Positions 57,071 through 64,000 of a stretch of 64,000 bases of DNA are shown here, one piece after another. The DNA is from Treponemataceae bacterium (GTDB taxonomy: Bacteria; Spirochaetota; Spirochaetia; Treponematales; Rectinemataceae). Where the stretch lies: positions 256,001 to 320,000 of the forward strand of contig CAXXGJ010000018.1 of assembly GCA_963677895.2 (NCBI GenBank), written 5' to 3'. Position 1 is the first letter of the stretch. Every line of letters begins with the position of its first letter. A model generated the notes under the pieces. The model saw nothing but the letters and a program-made list of their open reading frames with translations, made no database searches and was not told the origin of the DNA. The translations under genes and the position numbers were made by a program.

Positions 57071-58063
57071 TTGAAAAGCAAGCTTGTAAGACTTGAGGAT
57101 GTAGCACAGAAGGCCGGTGTATCTATTACGACCGTATCACATGTCATCAACAAGACGCGATACGTCAAGAGAGAAACCCGCGAGCTTGTGCTGAAAGTTC
57201 TCGAAGAGCTCAAGTATGATAAAAGAAAGACAGGACCGCATTCCCCATTCTCGAAGTTGATAGGTGTCATCGTTGCCGATATTACCGAGGATTACTATAT
57301 CTCCGTGATCAAGGCGATAGAGACGTATGCATCCGAACAAGGTTTTTCCATTCTTCTTTGTGATTCGGAAGACGATGTAGAGAAAGAAAAGTTCAACATT
57401 CGCAACATCCTCGAGAGAGATGTAGGCGGACTAATACTAGCCCCGGTGAACTCAGAGAAATGCCCAAAGGAGTTGCTGGAAACAGAAATCCCGATCGTTT
57501 TCGTCGATAGAAAGTATAGTCGGATAGATGGCGTGTTTGTGGGGATCAACAACATTGAGAGCGGTTACAATGGAACCAGATATCTAGCCTCGAAAGGCTG
57601 CAATTCAATCTGCTTCATAGGCTATCCTGATACCGTCTACACGGTGCATCAGAGGGCGATTGGCTACCGAGGCTATCTGCAGGAACATATTCCTGAATGC
57701 ACTCCAAAAGTACTCACTTTAAACTACCGCCAGGAAGATTCTAATCGTCTCATAAGCGAGTTTGTCGAGAGTGTCTGTCCCGATGGGGTGGTCTGCGCGA
57801 CATCCGATATTTGCTATCAGCTAATTGGAAGCCTTCAAGAGATGGGGACTCAGATCCCGGAACAGATAAAGATAGTAACCTACGATGATAATAAATGGCT
57901 TGATTACCTGCGATTCCCTGTTTCGGTGATCACGCAGCCTACTTCCGAAATTGGCTTTACCGCTATCCAGCGCCTCGTCCGCATGATGCTTCATCCTGAG
58001 GATATCCATAAAATAGGCACTTCAATTTTTCTAGAGACTGGCTTTATCGATCGATTATCGTAA
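57071..58063 (+). CDS. LacI family transcriptional regulator
   Basis: LEDVAQKAGVSITTVSHVIN HTH plus a periplasmic-binding-like domain. Confidence 0.92.
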   Translation: MKSKLVRLEDVAQKAGVSITTVSHVINKTRYVKRETRELVLKVLEELKYDKRKTGPHSPFSKLIGVIVADITEDYYISVIKAIETYASEQGFSILLCDSEDDVEKEKFNIRNILERDVGGLILAPVNSEKCPKELLETEIPIVFVDRKYSRIDGVFVGINNIESGYNGTRYLASKGCNSICFIGYPDTVYTVHQRAIGYRGYLQEHIPECTPKVLTLNYRQEDSNRLISEFVESVCPDGVVCATSDICYQLIGSLQEMGTQIPEQIKIVTYDDNKWLDYLRFPVSVITQPTSEIGFTAIQRLVRMMLHPEDIHKIGTSIFLETGFIDRLS

Positions 58064-58100
58064 GTAGCTTAAAATTCATGGATGCATAATTGGATGACGA

Positions 58101-59024
58101 CTATTGAACCACCTGACAGATCGCTTCCATATATTCTTTGGCGATCGGAGACAAAGGTCGGCTCTTGTTGACGATATAGCCAATCTCCAGTTTTAGCTGT
58201 TTATCGCTTAAGACTAAAGCCCTGACGTTCGTATAATACTGCGTGCTGGAATACGCGTGCCTGTTGTGCGTGCCGACCGTATAGGCGTCGGTCGTCGCTA
58301 TCAGCTCGTTGAGCGTCGCGCGGTCCTTGACGGTAATCCGCTTTTTGTTCTCCGCCATGCCGAGATCCTCCCATTCGGGAGCCATGCTGTAGTTCGCGTC
58401 CCGGTACATCACAAACGGATACTCGCTGAGCTGTTCCGTACTCACCTTGGTCTGCCCGTCCCTGCAGAGCGGGTGGTCTTTGCCCATTATAACGGCGACG
58501 CTCTCCGTCGCGAGCTGATGATATTCGATGCCGTTGTTGCCCAGCATATGGATGATGAGGCGCTTCTGCAGCGCGGAAAGAATGATCAGTCCGATTTCCG
58601 ATTCCTGCGAACGCACCGAATCCACTACTTCCTGGAAAGCGCCTTCAAAAAAGGAAAACTGAAAATTATCGCTTTTCCACTTCTGGCATATATTGATGAA
58701 AACGGTGTTAGCGAACCTGAGGTATTGGCTGGCGATGGATAGCGATAGGGGCGGGCGGCCGACGAGGGAATCGCAGAAATCCCCCAGCATCTTGAACTGC
58801 CTGTATGAAGGCTGCGCGTACGAGAGAAACTCTCTTCCGAAATGGGTCAGTTCGACTCCTTTTCCGGTTCGTTCGAAAATCCTCGAGCCCAGCTCCGTCT
58901 CCAGCTGTTTGAGCGAAAGCGAAAGGTTCGGCTGCGAGACATAGAGTTTTTGCGCCGCTTTGTTTATGGAACCCTCGGCGGCGATGGTCAGGACCTGTTC
59001 TATCTGAGCCATGCGCAAAATCAA
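58101..59024 (-). CDS. LysR family transcriptional regulator
   Basis: GSINKAAQKLYVSQPNLS..LKQLETELG..IFERT. Confidence 0.93.
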   Translation of the reverse strand: MILRMAQIEQVLTIAAEGSINKAAQKLYVSQPNLSLSLKQLETELGSRIFERTGKGVELTHFGREFLSYAQPSYRQFKMLGDFCDSLVGRPPLSLSIASQYLRFANTVFINICQKWKSDNFQFSFFEGAFQEVVDSVRSQESEIGLIILSALQKRLIIHMLGNNGIEYHQLATESVAVIMGKDHPLCRDGQTKVSTEQLSEYPFVMYRDANYSMAPEWEDLGMAENKKRITVKDRATLNELIATTDAYTVGTHNRHAYSSTQYYTNVRALVLSDKQLKLEIGYIVNKSRPLSPIAKEYMEAICQVVQ

Positions 59025-59071
59025 CCTCTTATATTAATAATCATATAGATAGTAATTAAAATTATATATTA

Positions 59072-59099
59072 TTGCGATATATGAATCAAGTGTTATACT
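59072..59099 (+). promoter_or_regulatory. Sigma70 promoter for the DUF5058 operon
   Basis: TTGCGA-N16-TATACT with a TGn extension, in the AT-rich region divergent from lysR. Confidence 0.6.
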
Positions 59100-59136
59100 T
59101 CCCGTGCTGAGTCCAATAGGTGGAAGGAGGAATTCG

Positions 59137-59847
59137 ATGAAGGACTATCTACAGGTAGCCAATAGCCCGTACATGTATATCGGTGTCGTGCTTTTGCTGA
59201 GCATTGTCTGCTGGCAGGCCGGCGTATTCATCAACAGGTCGCTGAAGCGAGCGCAGGCGCTTGGGATCCCCAGAGAAAAAATCAATAAGACGGTGAAAGT
59301 GGCCGCGTTGACCAGCCTTGTACCTAGTTTCGCGATCGTAGTCGCGTTGCTGACTCTCGCTCCGGTCTTGGGACTCCCGTTTTCCTGGACGAGGCTGTCC
59401 ATAATCGGGTCGCTTTCCTACGAACTGCTGGCGGCGGATATCGGAGCCAAGGCCGCGGGCGTGACCTTGGGCGGGGCGGGCTATGGCTCCAGCGCGTTCC
59501 TCGCTTCGGTCTGCACGCAGACAATCGGATCCTTCGTGACCTTAGGGCTCACTATCTTCGGATTCAAATGGTACAAGGATCGGCTGAATAAATCCCTGAA
59601 GAAGGAAGGGGACAAAAGCTGGAGCCGCATCCTGATAGCGGCGATCATTGTCTCCATGTATTCCCGGTTCATGGCCGAACCGGTCGCCAGAGGCGGAGTG
59701 GCGCTCATCACGATGCTGGTCAGCGCGGCATCGATGATACTCGTCGGTCTCTTGATCAAGAAATGCAAACTCAAATGGCTCTCCGATTTCGCCATTTCTC
59801 TCAGCATGATCGTCGGCATGGCGGCCGCGATCGTCTATTCATTCTAA
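59137..59847 (+). CDS. DUF5058 family membrane protein
   Basis: ANS, VPSFAI, LG.P..W.RLSIIGS..YE and C-terminal SMIVGM; AAGGAGG SD. Confidence 0.75.
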   Translation: MKDYLQVANSPYMYIGVVLLLSIVCWQAGVFINRSLKRAQALGIPREKINKTVKVAALTSLVPSFAIVVALLTLAPVLGLPFSWTRLSIIGSLSYELLAADIGAKAAGVTLGGAGYGSSAFLASVCTQTIGSFVTLGLTIFGFKWYKDRLNKSLKKEGDKSWSRILIAAIIVSMYSRFMAEPVARGGVALITMLVSAASMILVGLLIKKCKLKWLSDFAISLSMIVGMAAAIVYSF

Positions 59848-59861
59848 AAGGAGATCCTCGG

Positions 59862-60524
59862 ATGAAACAAGAATTGACCTACGATGAAAACGCCCATCGT
59901 TTTGGAAGGATCAGCCTCATTGTCGGAACGATAGCCACCTGCGTCTTTCCGGCTATGCTGATCATTGGCTTCCATGTCCCCGTCGACATCAGAAGCATTC
60001 TCGGAGGAGCCGGCAACATACTCATATTGATGATACCGGTGTCTCTCAGCGAATTCCTGAGCATTTCGCCGATGATAGGAACCTCGGCAATGTACATCAT
60101 GGTATTGACGGGCAACTTCACCAACCTGAAGATCCCTTCCTCCATCGCGGCGATGGAGGCTGTCGGCCTTGACCCCGCGAACTACACCGACGAATCCGAT
60201 GTGATCTCCACCATAGCGATGGGTGTATCGACCATCGTCTGCATCGCCGTCATAGCGTTGGGCGCCCTGCTGATCGTACCGCTGTCCGGACCGCTTTCGA
60301 ACCCAATCCTCTCTCCCGCGTTCGAGAACATCGTACCGGCGCTGTTCGGCGCGCTCGGAATGGGGATGATGTCCAAGAATTTCAAGCTCGCCATCGCGCC
60401 ATTTATACTCGGCGTCGTCCTGCTCGCCACCGGGGTCATTCCCGGCGCGCTGGTCCTGCCTATCCTGATACTCGTCGGCATCGTCGCGGCCCGCGTCATG
60501 TATAAAAAGAATTGGGTGAAGTAA
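59862..60524 (+). CDS. Membrane protein, probable partner subunit of the DUF5058 transporter
   Basis: H..GR, E..S..P..G...Y...TGN..NLK.P and PALFGALG; AAGGAG SD. Confidence 0.7.
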   Translation: MKQELTYDENAHRFGRISLIVGTIATCVFPAMLIIGFHVPVDIRSILGGAGNILILMIPVSLSEFLSISPMIGTSAMYIMVLTGNFTNLKIPSSIAAMEAVGLDPANYTDESDVISTIAMGVSTIVCIAVIALGALLIVPLSGPLSNPILSPAFENIVPALFGALGMGMMSKNFKLAIAPFILGVVLLATGVIPGALVLPILILVGIVAARVMYKKNWVK

Positions 60525-60535
60525 AAAGGGAAATC

Positions 60536-62113
60536 ATGCTTGATCTATTGATAAAGAACGCGGCGGTCATCGATGGCACCGGCGCGGACCGCGTGACGAG
60601 AGATGTCGGGATAAAAGATGGCCGATTCCGCCTCGATGGAATCGGGAACGCGGAAGCGGGGGAAACTATCGACGCCGACGGCTTGGCGCTGACTCCAGGA
60701 TTCATCGACGCGCATGGGCATACGGATCTCTTCGCGTGGGTCGAGCCGCTGTGCTCGGCCAAACTCCGCCAGGGCATCACCACCGAGATAGCCGGCCAAT
60801 GCGGCATGTCTCCCGCCCCGGTCAGCGCGGAGTTTCAGCCTGTATATCGCCTGTATTATGAAAGCCAGGGCGCGCCGATCTATCCTGACCATACGGAACT
60901 CACATCGGTCGCCGCCCTCATGGACAGGCTGGAATCGCTGAAACTCGGTATCAATCTGGCGGTATTCGCGGCCCAAGGCACGCTTCGCATCGCGGCGATG
61001 GGCTTGAATCCCGCCAAACCGGACAGAGCCCAAATGGATCGCATGCGGGCGCAGGCCCGGGAGGCGATGCAGGCCGGCGCATTGGGAATATCCAGCGGCC
61101 TCATGTATCCCCCCGGTTCCTTTTCGGACGAGGACGAACTCGCGGCGCTCTGCGAAGCGATCGCCCCTTACGACGGCATCTATACTTCCCACATACGCAA
61201 TCAGGGAAACCAGCTCGCGCGAAGCGTCGAGGAAACGCTCTCCATCGCCCGCAGGGCGGGGATAAGCGCGAATATTTCGCATCATAAGGCCGCGGGCAAA
61301 GCCAACTGGGGGAAAGTGGCGGAGACAATTCGCATGATCCATGAAGAAGGGAACGCGACCCACGATGTATATCCCTATACGGCCAGCTCAACCTCCCTCT
61401 CTGCCACGCTCCCCCCTGCCTGCATGAAGGAAGGAATCGAAAAGCTGATCATTCACCTCGGAGATCCGTCCTATCTGCGGGAGCTTGAGAATAGGATATT
61501 CCAGCCTTACGAAGAATGGGACAACGACCTGATGGAATGCGGTTATGACGGCATCCTGGTCATCGACGCTCCCCTGACCGCCGACGCGCCGGGGCTCACT
61601 ATCGCGCAGTACGCGGCTAAATGGGCTATGAGGCCCTTCGACGCGTATATCCATCTCCTGCGCGAGAACCGCCTTCGCGTCAACGATGTGTGCTTCTCGA
61701 TGTCGCAGGCCGATGTGGACACCCTGATCGGCGATCCGTTGTGCATGTTCGGGACGGACTCGCTCTATGTGCCTGGAATGAAGATGACGCACCCTCGGGC
61801 AATCGGTACCTTCCCGCGAATTCTGGGGAGAAGCGTCAGGGAGCAAAAACTCATCACTCTTGAAGAAGCGATACGCAAGATGACCAGCCTGCCGGCGAAG
61901 CGCTATGGCCTATCGGGGAAAGGCATCATCGCGGAGGGGGCCGACGCGGATATGGTCCTGTTCGATCCGAAAACCGTCATGGATCGCGCCGACTATACTT
62001 CCCCTCTTGCCGAAAATGCGGGAATAGCGGGAGTGTATGTGGGAGGAATGCTCGCGGTGGATCATGGAACGCCAACCGGAGCGCGCAACGGACATGTGCT
62101 GAGAAAAGGCTGA
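60536..62113 (+). CDS. N-acyl-D-amino-acid deacylase (D-aminoacylase) family amidohydrolase
   Basis: DGTG, PGFIDAHGHTD, GQCG, SGL.YPPG, SHIR, SHHK, DVYPY, GTD and HPR..GTFPR. Confidence 0.9.
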   Translation: MLDLLIKNAAVIDGTGADRVTRDVGIKDGRFRLDGIGNAEAGETIDADGLALTPGFIDAHGHTDLFAWVEPLCSAKLRQGITTEIAGQCGMSPAPVSAEFQPVYRLYYESQGAPIYPDHTELTSVAALMDRLESLKLGINLAVFAAQGTLRIAAMGLNPAKPDRAQMDRMRAQAREAMQAGALGISSGLMYPPGSFSDEDELAALCEAIAPYDGIYTSHIRNQGNQLARSVEETLSIARRAGISANISHHKAAGKANWGKVAETIRMIHEEGNATHDVYPYTASSTSLSATLPPACMKEGIEKLIIHLGDPSYLRELENRIFQPYEEWDNDLMECGYDGILVIDAPLTADAPGLTIAQYAAKWAMRPFDAYIHLLRENRLRVNDVCFSMSQADVDTLIGDPLCMFGTDSLYVPGMKMTHPRAIGTFPRILGRSVREQKLITLEEAIRKMTSLPAKRYGLSGKGIIAEGADADMVLFDPKTVMDRADYTSPLAENAGIAGVYVGGMLAVDHGTPTGARNGHVLRKG

Positions 62114-62192
62114 TTTACTAGTTTCCCGCCCTTCCATTGTGGAATACAATGCGTACTCGCAGTATGTATCGCCATGGAAGAGGTGTGGAAAC

Positions 62193-63680
62193 GTGCCATT
62201 TCACTATGATGTCCTGATAATCGGCGGAGGCGTCGTCGGATGCGCCATCGCCAGGGAGTTGTCGCGCTTTCAGGTTAGGACCGCGGTCATCGAGAAAGAA
62301 CTGGATGTCGGGTTCGGAACGAGCTGCCGCAACAGCGGCGTCCTTCATGCCGGCTTCAACTATACCCCGGGAACGCTTCGGGCTTTTCTCTGCGTGAAGG
62401 GAAATGCCCTCATGGATGAGCTTTGCCGCGATCTCAAGGTGAAGATCCGACGGATCGGCAAGCTGACCGTGGCTCTCGACAAGGACGACGAAGCGACGCT
62501 CCATCGTCTCAAAACGCAAGGGGATGCCAACGGGGTTCCGGGTCTCGAACTCATCGGCGAAACGCGGATGCGGACGATCCAGCCCGGGGTGGAGGGCGCT
62601 CTTGCCCTGTATTCTCCTTCCAGCTCAATAATATCGCCCTATGCCCTCACCATCGGCCTGGCGGAAAACGCGCTCGACAATGGCGCGCATTTCCATCTTG
62701 GACAGGAGGTTGTCTCCATGGCGCGGTTGCCCGGATCGGGCTGGCGCGTAGGGACAGCTTCCGGCGACAGCTTTACGGCTAAAGTGATCGTCAACGCGGC
62801 GGGGCTCTATGCCGCGGAGGTCTGCGGCATGGCAGGCATCCTGGATTATCATATCTATCCTTGCCGGGGCGAATACTATGTCCTGGACAAGCGGCTCAAC
62901 GGAACGCTCAGCGCGCTTATCTATCCCGCTCCGAAGAAAAATTCCCCCGGACTTGGAATTCATCTCACGCCCACGGTGGACGGCAACATCCTCATCGGCC
63001 CCAGCGCCCAATACCTGGACGATCCCGCTGATTACGGATGCAGCGCCTGTGTCATGGAAGACCTTCGCCGCGAAGGGCAGAACCTTATGCCCGAAATACG
63101 AGTGACCGACTACATCCGCAGCTTTTCAGGCAACCGCGCCAAGCGTACGCCGCCTTCGGTCGGCGGGAACGCGGACTTCGTAATCGAAGACCGAAGGGAC
63201 AATGAGGGGTTCATCAACCTGTTGGGGATCGAAAGCCCCGGCTTGACCTCCTCTCCCGCCATCGCCCTGATGGTGAGGGATATGGTGGAAAAGCATGTCG
63301 CGCTGCGGCCTAATCCTTCCTTTAATCCGCTGCGGCGGGGCAACGCGCTCTTCTTCTCCGAGCTTCCTTCGGAGGAAAAGGCAGACCTCATAGCGAAAAA
63401 CCCCAATTATGGCGAGATCGTATGCCGCTGCGAGAAAATCACGAAACAGGAAATACTCGACGCGATACAAAATCCTCTTGGCGCCCGCACGCTCGCGAGC
63501 ATCAAGTACCGCGCCCGCGCGTCGATGGGGCGCTGCCAGGGCGGCTTCTGCATCCCCCGGATCGCCCGGATACTCCGCGACGAGTTTGGCTTCAGACCCG
63601 AGGATTTCCTGAAGAGCGGGGCAAGTTCCCCGCTCTTCGTGGGGAATGCGCGGCCCGCGGAAACGGGGGCTCACCGATGA
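62193..63680 (+). CDS. FAD-dependent dehydrogenase (GlpA/L2HGDH-like) with a C-terminal BFD-like 2Fe-2S domain
   Basis: IGGGVVG, TS.RNSGVLHAG, RGEY, GIESPGLT and CRCE...MGRCQGGFC. Confidence 0.9.
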   Translation: MPFHYDVLIIGGGVVGCAIARELSRFQVRTAVIEKELDVGFGTSCRNSGVLHAGFNYTPGTLRAFLCVKGNALMDELCRDLKVKIRRIGKLTVALDKDDEATLHRLKTQGDANGVPGLELIGETRMRTIQPGVEGALALYSPSSSIISPYALTIGLAENALDNGAHFHLGQEVVSMARLPGSGWRVGTASGDSFTAKVIVNAAGLYAAEVCGMAGILDYHIYPCRGEYYVLDKRLNGTLSALIYPAPKKNSPGLGIHLTPTVDGNILIGPSAQYLDDPADYGCSACVMEDLRREGQNLMPEIRVTDYIRSFSGNRAKRTPPSVGGNADFVIEDRRDNEGFINLLGIESPGLTSSPAIALMVRDMVEKHVALRPNPSFNPLRRGNALFFSELPSEEKADLIAKNPNYGEIVCRCEKITKQEILDAIQNPLGARTLASIKYRARASMGRCQGGFCIPRIARILRDEFGFRPEDFLKSGASSPLFVGNARPAETGAHR

Positions 63681-64000
63681 ACAAAATAACATCAGCCATC
63701 AGGGCTGAAAGCAGAGAGGTCGTGGTGATCGGCGGAGGCCCCGCGGGCCTCGCCGCGGCGATCGCCGCCAGGGAAGCGGGCTGCCGGGACGTTCTCCTCA
63801 TCGAACGCGACCGTCTCCTCGGCGGGATCCTGAACCAGTGCATCCACGATGGTTTCGGTCTGCTGACCTTCAAGGAAGCCCTCTCGGGTCCTGAATACGC
63901 GTCCCGCTTCATCGACAGGTTCGATGAGCTGGGCATAGAGGCGAAACTGGGAACCATCGTCCTTTCTCTTTCATCCGACCGAATCCTCGAAGTGAGCGCG
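63677..64000 (+). CDS. FAD/NAD(P)-dependent oxidoreductase partner subunit (partial)
   Basis: Absent from the ORF track. MNKITSAIRAESREVVVIGGGPAGLAAA...GGILNQCIHDGFG...GPEY, with an ATGA overlap with the upstream gene. Confidence 0.88.
   Translation, partial: MNKITSAIRAESREVVVIGGGPAGLAAAIAAREAGCRDVLLIERDRLLGGILNQCIHDGFGLLTFKEALSGPEYASRFIDRFDELGIEAKLGTIVLSLSSDRILEVSA

Overview
A gene-dense, GC-rich bacterial window with about 55 CDS. It probably comes from an anaerobic, free-living spirochaete-like organism, which is an inference from gene content (DUF3798, bactofilin, POR, tungsten AOR). I recognised no rRNA, tRNA, CRISPR array, transposase or integrase. Left to right: (1) a YeiH transporter and ROK regulator divergent from an enolase-superfamily / NitT-TauT ABC / Gfo-Idh-MocA / creatininase-like operon; (2) DUF3798; (3) a sugar epimerase, then a TctCBA / oxidoreductase / isomerase / GPH symporter operon that shares an 18/21-identical operator with operon 1; (4) NUDIX; (5) a 2-oxoacid oxidoreductase operon whose delta subunit has a GltD-like module inserted, followed by a lipoate ligase; (6) polysaccharide deacetylase, bactofilin and a xanthine-dehydrogenase-family trio; (7) the standout, a ~1380-aa minus-strand protein joining a glucan-water-dikinase-like helical region, a PPDK ATP-grasp domain, a phospho-His swivel domain and a phosphoglycerate-kinase-like domain in place of the pyruvate-binding barrel; (8) an M24 hydrolase and a 16-gene GntR operon (RraA aldolase, Ldh_2, AOR, SDR, cupin, IolN, TRAP, VOC, racemase-like, AUDH-like cupin, epimerase, Zn-ADH, membrane protein) preceded by a 10-bp tandem array; (9) MoaD, an esterase and DUF3820; (10) a lower-GC xylitol-type catabolic island; (11) LysR, a DUF5058 membrane pair, an N-acyl-D-amino-acid deacylase and a GlpA-like FAD dehydrogenase pair. 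All family calls come from motif recognition by eye, not from database searches.
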